The position numbers and the translations under genes were made by a program. The notes beneath the pieces are model-generated. The model did not search any database. It was not told the origin of the DNA and saw nothing but the letters and a program-made list of their open reading frames with translations. Of a stretch of 64,000 bases of DNA, positions 37,240 through 46,388 are shown one piece after another (the first letter of the stretch is position 1; the number at the start of each line of letters is the position of its first letter). The DNA is from Candidatus Eiseniibacteriota bacterium. GTDB lineage: Bacteria > Eisenbacteria > RBG-16-71-46 > CAIMUX01 > VGJL01. The stretch is taken from NCBI GenBank assembly GCA_041946735.1, contig JBHGAY010000005.1, positions 118,048-182,047 of the forward strand, written 5' to 3'.

Positions 37240-38082
37240 TCAGGCGCGCGGCTGGGGCCGGGGCCGGGGCACCCCCGCCCGTTTCCGGACGGTGAAGAGC
37301 AGCCCCGACCAGGTCGCATCGATCGAGCAGATCTTGTAGTCGACGAGACCGCGAGCGAGGCCGGCGCCCCGCACTTCCTTCTCGCCGATCGCGCTCGGAC
37401 TCGTGCCGCCGCCGGCGCCCGGGGCCCTCTTCTTCGGCCAGGCGATCCATGCGCTGCCGCGAGGCGGCGAGGTCGCGATGCGCTCCACCGCCTTTGTCAG
37501 CTCCCCTTGGTCATGAACGAACCAGAGGACCAGATCGGCGGCGGCCGAGTAGCGGCGCGTGAGCCGGGCGGTCGCCGGCAGCCCGTCGAGCAAGGCCTCG
37601 AAAGCGCCCGGGGCGCGAAGGAGCGCGACCGTGTCGCCGGGCCGGATTCCGAGTTTCACGACGAGCGGACGTCCCGAGTAGGCGTCCATGGAGGAGCGAG
37701 GCGTGACGGGGTCGGACGGAGGATGCGCGATCGCCCTGCGCAGATCCGCGCGCACGCGCTTCCACGCGCTGTACACCGCATCCGGGAGGTGCTCGCGGAT
37801 GCCCGCGACCTTTTCCGGGTCCCCCTCGACGAAGACGAGCGGAACCGCGCGGGTCGCCTTCGCCGCGCGAATCGACATGCCGGCGTCCCGCCCCTGGGAA
37901 GGAATCCTGGAGAGATCGATCACGACGGCGTCGGGCGGCGACTCGCGCAGGGCTCGCAGGGATGGCGGGCCTGCGAACCGTCCCGCCTCGACCTCGTAGC
38001 CCGCAGCCCGCAGGAACGCGGCACGCTCCTCGGCCTCCGCTTCGTGCCAGTGGATCAGACGAATCTTCCGCGGAGTCCTCAT
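37240..38082 (-). CDS. Atypical receiver-like domain fused to a DUF3052-like domain
   Basis: N-half: L.AAGYEV, PPDAVVIDL, TRAVPLVFV. C-half: YSGRPLVVKLGI, WIAWPKK, GLVDYKICSIDATWSGL.F. Confidence 0.7.
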   Translation of the reverse strand: MRTPRKIRLIHWHEAEAEERAAFLRAAGYEVEAGRFAGPPSLRALRESPPDAVVIDLSRIPSQGRDAGMSIRAAKATRAVPLVFVEGDPEKVAGIREHLPDAVYSAWKRVRADLRRAIAHPPSDPVTPRSSMDAYSGRPLVVKLGIRPGDTVALLRAPGAFEALLDGLPATARLTRRYSAAADLVLWFVHDQGELTKAVERIATSPPRGSAWIAWPKKRAPGAGGGTSPSAIGEKEVRGAGLARGLVDYKICSIDATWSGLLFTVRKRAGVPRPRPQPRA

Positions 38083-39044
38083 CGCGCCGGACCCTGCATG
38101 CCGTCCTCTTCGCCCCCTTCCGACGAGCCGCCTCGCAGGATTGCGAGAGCCTCTTCGTGGAGAAGCCCGTTCGTCGTCAAGAGACTGCCGCCGTCGACGC
38201 TCGCGCGGCCTTCGAGGGAGGTCGAGCGTCCTCCGGCCTCTTCGACGATGACGAGGAGCGGGCCGATGTCCCACGGCTTCATGACCGGATCGATCGCGAT
38301 CTCTCCCGCCCCTTCGGCGACGAGGATGTGCTGCCAGAAGTCGCCGAACCCGCGCGTGCGGTACGCGCGAGCGAGGAGCGCCGCGAATCCCGGCATCGAC
38401 GGGATGTCGGCGAGACGCAAGCCGCTGTGGAAGACCTGCGCCTCGTCGAGCACGGAGATCGAGGAGACGTGAAGGCGTCGCGGGACGGTGGGGCCGTGGC
38501 CGCCGTGGCCGCCGGCGCCGTCGAGGCCGCCGGGGCCGCCGGGGCCGCCCGCGCTGCGCGTGCCGCCTGCGCCGCCCGCGCGCAGGTCGCGGGCGAGGCA
38601 GAACGCCCCGGCGCCGCGCGCCGCCTGCCAGCGCGTCCCGAGAGCCGGCGCCGAGACCAGCCCGGCGACGACCGCCCCGTCCTCCTCCACCGCGAGCAGG
38701 GTCGCGAAGATCGGGATGCCGCGGCGGAAGTTCTCCGTGCCGTCGATCGGATCAACGATCAGGCGGCGGACCCCCGGCTGTGCCGCCGCGCCGTCAGTCC
38801 CCTCTCCCGCGCCGCATTCCTCGCCGAAGACGGCGAGGCCGGCAGCCCGCTCCTCGACCAGCGCTCGGATCGCCTGCTCGATCTCTCGGTCGGCGCGAGT
38901 GACGACCGTCCGGTCTGCCTTGCGCTCGGTCGCCAACTCGGGCGATCGGTAGTAGGAGAGGGCGATCGCATCGGCGGAATCGGCGATGTCCGTGAGCAGC
39001 GGGATCCAGTCGGCCGGCTTTGTGCGACTGCTGCCGATCTCCAT
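38079..39044 (-). CDS. Inositol monophosphatase family, histidinol-phosphatase (HisN)-like
   Basis: KADRTVVTRAD, GEE, DPIDGT.NF.RG.PIFATL, RTRGFGDFW, WDIGPL..IVEEAGG; contains a Gly/Pro-rich insertion. Confidence 0.85.
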   Translation of the reverse strand: MEIGSSRTKPADWIPLLTDIADSADAIALSYYRSPELATERKADRTVVTRADREIEQAIRALVEERAAGLAVFGEECGAGEGTDGAAAQPGVRRLIVDPIDGTENFRRGIPIFATLLAVEEDGAVVAGLVSAPALGTRWQAARGAGAFCLARDLRAGGAGGTRSAGGPGGPGGLDGAGGHGGHGPTVPRRLHVSSISVLDEAQVFHSGLRLADIPSMPGFAALLARAYRTRGFGDFWQHILVAEGAGEIAIDPVMKPWDIGPLLVIVEEAGGRSTSLEGRASVDGGSLLTTNGLLHEEALAILRGGSSEGGEEDGMQGPAR

Positions 39045-39255
39045 TTCTGTCCTCCCTGAATGGACTCGACCCGATTCTAACGCCCCGGCGCAACCATGCC
39101 CGTCCGCGATTCGGCGGGCCTCCTGCGCGACGCGGCCGACCCCATGCGCACGGCCGGCCGTCCTGTCGTCCCATCGTGGACGCTCGCTCTCTCCGCTGCT
39201 ACGATCGCCCGCGACGATCGACGATGGGAACGAGGGAGCACGGGGGAGGCGAGCG

Positions 39256-41178
39256 ATGAGCAACGCGCCGGAAGCTGCGGCGGCTTCTCGATCGACCGCG
39301 GCGATCGCGGCCACGTCCCAGCCCGCGAAGACGCAGACGCCGATGGCCGCGGCCGCATGGGGGGCGGTCCTGCTGCTGCTCGTCCTGCTGCTCTTCACCG
39401 CGTGGCAGGGTCCGGACATCTTCTATCACCTCGCGCTCGGTCAAAAGGTGCTGGAGACGGGACGGCCGCAGCCGCCCGAGATCGTCCTCGCCACGCAGCC
39501 CGCCTACGTGAACGTCTATTGGCTCTTCCAGGTCGTCTGCGCCGGCATCTTCGGCCTCGCGGGCCCGGTCGGCCTCACCCTGTTCTTCGCCGCCGCATGG
39601 GTCGCGACGTTTCTGCTGTGGATTTCGATCGCCGGTCTCGCGCGCCGCCCCGCTCTCGGGCTTCCGCTCGCGCTTGCGGCCGTCCTCGTCCTGCAAGGAC
39701 GCTTCGACCCGCGCCCCGAAGTCATCAGCTATCTGCTTCTCGCGATCCAGCTGCGCTGGCTCCTCTCCTGGGACTTCGATCGCCCGGTCAACGTCCGGCG
39801 CCTCGCCCTCTTCGGCCTCGTCCAGGCGATCTGGACGAACGTGCACGGCTTCTTCGTCCTCGGGCCGTTTCTCGTCGCGGCGATGCTCGTCTCCCGTGCG
39901 TTGCATCCCGGCAATGTCGCGCCGGGCGGGGAGCGCCGGGCGGTTCGCGAGCTGGCGAAACTCCTTGCCGTCACCGCCGTCGCTTCGCTCGTCTCGCCGT
40001 TCGGTCCGAAGGGATGGGCCTTCGTCGCGACCCTCTGGCGGCTGGGAAGCAAGATGCCGCAATCGATTCTCGAGCTGCGTCCGCCGACGGCAGCGGTCTT
40101 CCGGCACGTCTGGACGATCGACGTCTTCTATGCCGTCTGGATCGCGACCGCGCTCGCCGTCGTGTGGCTTCTCGCCAGGCGGCGCTTCCGAGCGTTCCCC
40201 ATCCTGACGGCGCTCCCCGCTCTCGCGCTCAGCGCCACCGGAGTCCGGTACATGCCGGTTCTGGTGCTGCTCGGCGCTCCGGTGTGGCGGGAGATCTTCC
40301 GCGGCGCATCCGCGCAGCGGACGGAGCAGGAGCCCGGGCCCGGCCCCGATCGTCCACGCCGCCCGCTCGCGACAGCCGCGATCGCCGCGACCGGCATCGT
40401 CGCTCTGGCTCTCGCCGGCTGGGCGGTGACCGGCGGCTTCTACCGCTCGCTCCAGAGTCCCACGAGCCTGGGCCTCGGGCTTCGCGGGAGCGCCTATCCG
40501 GTCGCCCTCGCGCAGCACCTCCGCGATGCCGGCTTCTCCGGGCGGATCTACAACGATTCGGCCGACGGGGGCTTCCTCGCCTTCCGGTTGGGCCGGGCCG
40601 GGGTGCTGCCGTACATCGACTCGCGCTACATCGAGCCGCCGGTCGTGGAGGAATACTTCGCGAGCCTGCGCGATCCGCGGGGGTTCGCGCGGCTCGACGC
40701 ACGGTATCGCTTCGACGGCGCCGTCCTGCGTGTCGCCGAGAGCCCGGAGCTGACCGCGACGCTCCTGAAGAGGCCCGAGTGGAAGCTCGAGTACGCCGAC
40801 CTCCATCGCGCGTTCTTCGTGAAGGCGGAGCGCGCGAGCGCAGCCGGGATGACCGGCGCGCCATCGGCCTCCATCTGGAATGGAGAGGATCTGTCCGAGC
40901 GCGTGGAGGGCATGTCGGCGATCCAGTGGATCTTCCTCCTCGCGAAGTCCGGACAGCGGGACCTTCTGCTGTCCGCGCTCGAGCAGCTGGCCCGCGCCCC
41001 GAAGGTTCCGTCGTACGCGATCGCCTACGCTCTCGACTACGGAACGCAGAGGCGCGATCGCGAGATCGTGGAGCGCGCCCGCGCGCTGTACCCGAAGCTC
41101 TTCGCTCTCGACGAGAAGGAGCGCGCGATGGTCGCGCGCCTGATGCAGCAGTCCGCGGTAGCGATGCCGGAACGTTGA
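39256..41178 (+). CDS. Polytopic membrane protein, GT-C-like
   Basis: DIFYHLALG, WLFQV, RPEVISY, WTNVHGFF.LGP, SPFG, N...GGFL, YIDSR; many TM helices. Confidence 0.7.
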   Translation: MSNAPEAAAASRSTAAIAATSQPAKTQTPMAAAAWGAVLLLLVLLLFTAWQGPDIFYHLALGQKVLETGRPQPPEIVLATQPAYVNVYWLFQVVCAGIFGLAGPVGLTLFFAAAWVATFLLWISIAGLARRPALGLPLALAAVLVLQGRFDPRPEVISYLLLAIQLRWLLSWDFDRPVNVRRLALFGLVQAIWTNVHGFFVLGPFLVAAMLVSRALHPGNVAPGGERRAVRELAKLLAVTAVASLVSPFGPKGWAFVATLWRLGSKMPQSILELRPPTAAVFRHVWTIDVFYAVWIATALAVVWLLARRRFRAFPILTALPALALSATGVRYMPVLVLLGAPVWREIFRGASAQRTEQEPGPGPDRPRRPLATAAIAATGIVALALAGWAVTGGFYRSLQSPTSLGLGLRGSAYPVALAQHLRDAGFSGRIYNDSADGGFLAFRLGRAGVLPYIDSRYIEPPVVEEYFASLRDPRGFARLDARYRFDGAVLRVAESPELTATLLKRPEWKLEYADLHRAFFVKAERASAAGMTGAPSASIWNGEDLSERVEGMSAIQWIFLLAKSGQRDLLLSALEQLARAPKVPSYAIAYALDYGTQRRDREIVERARALYPKLFALDEKERAMVARLMQQSAVAMPER

Positions 41179-41478
41179 AGATCCGTACTTTCTCCGGATT
41201 TCGCGGATCGAAGAGCTCCAGGCAAAGACGGGTCTTGTTTTCCACCATACCGTAGGACGATGCCGTTCACGGCAGCATGAAAAGAACCGCGACTCGCTTC
41301 GATCCGCTCGCTCGGTTTGATATTTCCAGGTTCGAGACCTATTCTCCCCGCGGCTGCATCTAGCCAGGCGCAGCCCACGATCGTTCCATCAACCTCACGT
41401 TCAAGCTCCGGCGAGCCCTCGTTTCCTGATCCGGTTTCGTGCGATCAGGACGACTACGCTCGGCGGGCGGAGGTCACC

Positions 41479-42924
41479 ATGCGAAGGTTGTTTCCACTCC
41501 TACTCGTCGCCCCGCTTCTGGCGATCGTTCTGAGCGGATGCGTGGAGGACGGCAGGACACCCACCGGACCCCCGACGGGCTCCGGTTCCGCCTACTCCAC
41601 TCAACAAATGGCGACCGAGCTGGTGCAGAAAGGCGATTGGCTGGAGGAGGGGGAGTCGCTGCCCGAAGAGATGGCGCGCGCTGTCACGATGGACAGCCAG
41701 AATCTTGTCTACGACTTCGATCGAGAGGTCATCACGGGCAACATCGTGCATTACAGCGCCACTCTGCAGACCGGTCCCGGTCCTTACGACCGGATTGGCA
41801 TCCATCGCGTCGTTCGGGAGACTCGGCCTTTCCGTCCGGTCCGCACCCGGAAGGCGCTCTTCATGCTCCACGGCGACCTGAAACGTTTCGAGACGATGTT
41901 CCTACCCGGCCAGTACTCTCCGAACCTGCCGGACGATTTCGGAATCGCCGCGTATCTCGCCCGTCACGATATCGATGTCTGGGGGATCGACCAGGCATGG
42001 AACTTCATCCCCCCCGAGGAAACCAACTTCTCTTTCTTCCAGGACTGGGGCATCCAGAAGGAAGCCGACCACCTCTCTCTGGCCGTCGAAGTGGCCCGCC
42101 TCTCCCGATGGATGACCGGCAACGACCTGGACAGGATCCTGCTCCTCGGATACAGCAGCGGCTGCGTGACCGGATATGCGCTGTTGAACGAGGAAGCGCA
42201 GATGCCCGAGGACGAGCGGCAGATCAAGGGCTACATCGCAGCCGACTGCGGTGTCCGGTCCGACAACCAGGACTGGATCGACAGCTGCCTGCCCTTCGTG
42301 AGCCTGTTCCAGTCGATTTATGACTCCGGGCAATATCAGGACCCCTTGATCTTCCGCGACGTCTCCGATCGGGCGCGCACGGACCCGGACGGCGCGTCCC
42401 CGTACATTCCGGGACTCACCAACCTGCAGTGCGCGCTCTTCTTCGGCGGTGGCCAGATCTGGCCGCCCACCTGGGCGCACTATCACGCTCCCGTGATGCA
42501 GGAGGGTCTGCCTGTCGACCTCCAGTTCGTGACGATCGATCAGTGGCTCGACTTCCTCGACAACACGGCTTCATACGAACCGATCCTTTTCGAGCTGGAG
42601 TGCAACATCCTGCTCGCCAACATGGACAGCCCATACGTGAGCCATCTCTCGCAGGTCACGGTTCCCGTGCTGGACATCGGGGGGGCCGGAGGGATCGCTC
42701 CCTACACCGCGGCGACGGTCGGGTACCTGGGGAGCACGGACATCACCCAGCTCTACGTTTCGGTCGGGGCGCCGGAGCCGGCGCTCGATTACGGCCACAT
42801 TGACATCTTCACGGGCAGCAATTCGCCACAGCTCGTCTGGCATCCGATCGCTCAGTGGGTGATCCATCACTCGCAGCGGAACCGCGACGCGATGCAGGAG
42901 GAGGAGCTGGTCGGGTCAGAGTAG
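41479..42924 (+). CDS. Alpha/beta-hydrolase-fold lipoprotein
   Basis: Lipobox LSGC; HG oxyanion segment, DVWGID, GYSSG nucleophile elbow, YGHID; ATG after GGAGG. Confidence 0.75.
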   Translation: MRRLFPLLLVAPLLAIVLSGCVEDGRTPTGPPTGSGSAYSTQQMATELVQKGDWLEEGESLPEEMARAVTMDSQNLVYDFDREVITGNIVHYSATLQTGPGPYDRIGIHRVVRETRPFRPVRTRKALFMLHGDLKRFETMFLPGQYSPNLPDDFGIAAYLARHDIDVWGIDQAWNFIPPEETNFSFFQDWGIQKEADHLSLAVEVARLSRWMTGNDLDRILLLGYSSGCVTGYALLNEEAQMPEDERQIKGYIAADCGVRSDNQDWIDSCLPFVSLFQSIYDSGQYQDPLIFRDVSDRARTDPDGASPYIPGLTNLQCALFFGGGQIWPPTWAHYHAPVMQEGLPVDLQFVTIDQWLDFLDNTASYEPILFELECNILLANMDSPYVSHLSQVTVPVLDIGGAGGIAPYTAATVGYLGSTDITQLYVSVGAPEPALDYGHIDIFTGSNSPQLVWHPIAQWVIHHSQRNRDAMQEEELVGSE

Positions 42925-42941
42925 CCAAGAGACCGGGCGGT

Positions 42942-42978
42942 CGACCGGGGAGCGACGGGCAGCGCTGCTCCCCGGTCG
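42942..42978. terminator. 12-bp perfect inverted repeat between convergent genes
   Basis: CGACCGGGGAGC...GCTCCCCGGTCG; no clear U-tract. Confidence 0.5.
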
Positions 42979-43006
42979 GCGCCGAATCCGCGCAAGCGAG
43001 GTCGAC

Positions 43007-45439
43007 CTACCGCACGATCGTGATCGGCGCGAGCCGCTTCTGGTCTCCTACCGCCAACCGCAAGTAGTAGCGTCCGGCGGGAAGCAGCCGCCCGCGATCG
43101 TCTCGTGCCTTCCATTCGATGACGTGCGATCCCGATGGATAGTCGCCTGCCATCACGCGGGCGCACCGCCGTCCCTGCAGGTCGATCACGTCGATTGCCG
43201 CGCTGCCGGCCGCCGGAATCGAGAAGGAGACGGCGCCTCCGCGCCCGCCCGCCATCGGATTGGGCGACAGCCCGACGGAGCAGTTCCCGCTGACATCGTC
43301 CGTCACGCAGCCTGTCTCGGTCCGCAGGTCGAGCTTCGCGACGAACGCATCGGAGATGTCTCCGTTGTAGCTGGCGTCGTACGCGCCGGCGGTCGAGGGA
43401 AAGTCCGGACCGGCGGCGCCGGCGACGATCGCGCCGTCCTGCCCGTCCATGACCACGTCCCAGCCGTAGTCATCGCCACCGGCTCCCAGGAAGGTCGACC
43501 ATTCGAGCGTCTCGCCGCCCGAGCCGAGCCGGGCGACGAAGACGTCGGAGCCGCCGTTCTGGCTCGTGTCGTAGCCGTTCGGAGTGACAGGGAAATCAGC
43601 GGAAGGGGTAGCGCCGGCCACGACCGGACGGTTCGAGCCATCGACGTCGATGCCGAAGGCCGTCTCGTAGACCGGGGTGGTGCCGCCCAGGAAGGTCGCC
43701 CAGAGCAGCTCCCCGGTCGCTCCATCGACCTTCGCGACGTAGGCGTCATCGTCGGCGTTGTAGCTCTCGTCATATGCCCCCGCGGTCACGGGGAAGTCGA
43801 AGGAGCCGGTCGCGCCGCAGGCGAGCGCGTTGCCGTCGAGGTCGATCGCGACGTCGTTGCCGAAGTCGTACGAGCCGCCTCCCAACATGCGGCTCCACAC
43901 CAGGCCGTCGCCGTGCGGGGTCAGCTTGGTCAGGATCACGTCGTAGAGACCGCCCGCGTACTCGCCTCCCGGATAGTCGGCGGACGAGCTATGTCCCACG
44001 ATCACCGGCTGGTCGTCACGGTCCAGCTCGATCGCCGACGCGCCGTCGTAGGCTCCGCCGCCGATATACGTGCTCCAAAGGAGATTCGCACCGGTTGCGC
44101 CGAGCGCTGTCACGAAGACGTCCTCTTCGCCGTTGGCGCTCTCGTCGTAGGCTCCCGGCGTCGCCGGGTAGTCGAACGAGAGGGTCCGTCCTGCGATGAG
44201 CGGGTTGCCCTCCGAGTCGAGGTCGATCGCGTAGGCGATGTCGACGTCCTGTCCCCCGACGAAGGTGCTCCACACGAGTCCTCCCGTTTCGGCGGAGAAC
44301 TTCGAGACGAACGCGTCTACGACGCCGTTGAAGCTTCGGTCGTAGGCGCCGACCGTGGTGGGGAAGTCCGAGGACCAGGTGTATCCGGTCACGATGGGAT
44401 AGCCATCGGCCGGATCGACGGCGATCCCGTAGCCCTGGTCGAACTGCATGCTCGAGCCGCCGAGGAACGTGCTCCAGATCAGCGAGCGCCCGTCCGAGGA
44501 GAGCTTCGAGACGAAGACGTCTCCGAGGCCGGTGTAGGTCTGGTCCCAGGAGCCGGGCGTGGTCGGGAACGAGGAGGAGAAGGTCGTCCCGGTCACCAGG
44601 ACCGAGCCGTCGTTGCGATCGACCGCGACCGACCAGGCGGCCTCTTCCGCGGTGCCGCCAAGGAACGTGCTCCACAGCAAACGGGTGGCGTCATCGCGTG
44701 CGCCGCCGACCGCGCCGGCGACCGAATCGTCGCCCGGCTCGCCAAGGAGGATCGAGCCGTCCCGTTCGAGGATGTCCCCACCGGCTCCCTCCACGACGAA
44801 CCCTAGCAACGAAGGATCGCTGCCGCCTGGGCGCTGGATCGCCGTGCACTGGAGCCGGTCGCCGTCGACCGAGTAGGTGAGATCGAGTCCCGGAAGGATC
44901 TCCCGATAGAGGACGGTGGCGTAGAGCGGGACGCCGGCTCGCCACCGCCGCGGATCATCCCCGATGTAGTAGTTGTACGTCGCGGCCCGGTGCTCCACCC
45001 CCTCCACCGTCCCGCCGCTGGCGCCGCCAGCGAAACGGATGCGAACTGCGTTGCCGCTCCGTTGCACCTGTCGCCCCGCCTCCTCTCTCTCCCTCGGATC
45101 GTGGGGCCGGGCGGCCGGTGAGTCGTCGCTCCAGCGATCGAGGACGAGACCGTCGCGCAGGAAGTAGACAGCCGATCCCTGCGCTTGCGCGTAGAAGAGA
45201 ATCGCCTCGTTTGCGAGCTGCCCGCGGTTCTCGACGAACCCGGCGGGGAAGGTGTTTGCGAGGGCGGATGCCTGCGGGAGCGCGGCGGGCAAAGCAAGGA
45301 GAGCAAAGAGAGCAAGTAGAGCAAATAGAGCAGGTAGAGCAGGTAGAGCAGGCCGACCAGAGAGGGCGAGATGCCTGAGAGGGAGCGTGGCCCGGAGTGA
45401 ACGCGGCGCGAACGTCACGGAAACGGCGCGGTTCTTCAT
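43007..45439 (-). CDS. Secreted SBBP-repeat beta-propeller protein with FlgD-Ig-like C-terminus
   Basis: FVENRGQ N-domain, NYYIGDDP..W, repeated WSTFLGG...G.T.S.DFPTT.GAYD...D.FV.K, C-terminal PNP...DLQGR...W...G.Y. Confidence 0.88.
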   Translation of the reverse strand: MKNRAVSVTFAPRSLRATLPLRHLALSGRPALPALPALFALLALFALLALPAALPQASALANTFPAGFVENRGQLANEAILFYAQAQGSAVYFLRDGLVLDRWSDDSPAARPHDPREREEAGRQVQRSGNAVRIRFAGGASGGTVEGVEHRAATYNYYIGDDPRRWRAGVPLYATVLYREILPGLDLTYSVDGDRLQCTAIQRPGGSDPSLLGFVVEGAGGDILERDGSILLGEPGDDSVAGAVGGARDDATRLLWSTFLGGTAEEAAWSVAVDRNDGSVLVTGTTFSSSFPTTPGSWDQTYTGLGDVFVSKLSSDGRSLIWSTFLGGSSMQFDQGYGIAVDPADGYPIVTGYTWSSDFPTTVGAYDRSFNGVVDAFVSKFSAETGGLVWSTFVGGQDVDIAYAIDLDSEGNPLIAGRTLSFDYPATPGAYDESANGEEDVFVTALGATGANLLWSTYIGGGAYDGASAIELDRDDQPVIVGHSSSADYPGGEYAGGLYDVILTKLTPHGDGLVWSRMLGGGSYDFGNDVAIDLDGNALACGATGSFDFPVTAGAYDESYNADDDAYVAKVDGATGELLWATFLGGTTPVYETAFGIDVDGSNRPVVAGATPSADFPVTPNGYDTSQNGGSDVFVARLGSGGETLEWSTFLGAGGDDYGWDVVMDGQDGAIVAGAAGPDFPSTAGAYDASYNGDISDAFVAKLDLRTETGCVTDDVSGNCSVGLSPNPMAGGRGGAVSFSIPAAGSAAIDVIDLQGRRCARVMAGDYPSGSHVIEWKARDDRGRLLPAGRYYLRLAVGDQKRLAPITIVR
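45291..45352 (-). repeat. 9-bp tandem repeat in the signal peptide (PAL/FAL/LAL)n
   Basis: About 7 AGAGCARRT-like units on the + strand. Confidence 0.8.
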
Positions 45440-45545
45440 GGTGCCTCACCTCCTGGAACGACGCGAATGCCCGTGCCTACGACGGGCCGGAGCGTTCGTT
45501 CGATGCTCGTTGGTCGATGGGCGCCTCACTTGGAACGCGTCATTC

Positions 45546-45615
45546 TATCATTTGCCTCCTATCATTCGCCTCCTGTCATTCGCCTCCTAACCTTTGCCTC
45601 CCGTCCTTCGCCACC
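45546..45615. repeat. Five 14-bp intergenic tandem repeats
   Basis: tatcatttgcctcc tatcattcgcctcc tgtcattcgcctcc taacctttgcctcc cgtccttcgccacc. Confidence 0.85.
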
Positions 45616-45708
45616 TTTCGTGGGCCGCACACAGGGTCCCCTAGACGGTCGCGAGCGGTCTGCGGGCCTTCGCAGCGCCCCTCCGCTCGGTTCCGCCCGA
45701 TGCCACTC

Positions 45709-46068
45709 TCAGGCGTTGAAGGTCACGACATGGAAGTGGCTGCCTGTGACCGAGGAGTTCACGACAACCTGGGTCCCCGCAGCGATGGCCACGACCTGAT
45801 CGGAGCTGAGGCTCGCCGTGTGGGTGTGCCCGCCGCCGGTGAGCGTGAGGGTGACGGCGTTGCCGGCCTCGAGCTGCGCCTCGGTGACGCAGGCGGAATG
45901 AGTGTGGCCGCTCGCGACGGAGACGATGGCGGTCTCTGCACAAGGGTCGGACGGGCCGGTGGGCGACTTCTTGCTGCTATAGCCGTTCCCGCAGCCTCCG
46001 ACCGTGATCTGGATCGCCGCCCAAGCGGCTGCGAGGCCGGCATTCGCCAGGAACGCTCTTCGGTCCAT
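45709..46068 (-). CDS. Small Tat lipoprotein with three HxH motifs (putative metal-binding)
   Basis: MDRRAFL, lipobox VGGC, SGHTH, GGHTH, SHFH. Confidence 0.8.
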   Translation of the reverse strand: MDRRAFLANAGLAAAWAAIQITVGGCGNGYSSKKSPTGPSDPCAETAIVSVASGHTHSACVTEAQLEAGNAVTLTLTGGGHTHTASLSSDQVVAIAAGTQVVVNSSVTGSHFHVVTFNA

Positions 46069-46388
46069 GCGCTACCCCTTTCGCGGGGCCCCTTGCCGTG
46101 GCCGTACCTCCGGGCTTCAAGCAGGTAGCCGGCACCCGGCGAACGAGCCCACCTCGCTCGCGACCCCGATCTTGCTTACGTCGCGCCGAGGTGACACCTG
46201 ATACCGTCGTCTCGCTCGAGCGCCCCACGTCGGTAACACCCCCCAAAGTCCTCCGAGTGGCGCCCGTCTCACTGCGGGAGTACATTCAGCGGTCTCCCGC
46301 CGGCGACGCGGTTGCCGGCGATCGGTCTTTCGGCCGCCTCCCGACAATCCGACACGAACGATTTCACGACAGCGGAGGAGCGAGCGGC

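Noticed and set aside
41320..41350. tRNA or tRNA 3' fragment (GGTTCGAGACC)
   Set aside because: Only a 3-bp stem; no cloverleaf or CCA end.
45546..45615. CRISPR array (also considered for 18934-19041 and 37088-37177)
   Set aside because: The units are contiguous with no unique spacers, and no cas genes are present.
46290..46388. Fluoride riboswitch / CLC-F exporter
   Set aside because: The GGCGAT-containing hairpin does not match the crcB motif, and the protein lacks the GNNLI/GREGT CLC-F signatures.
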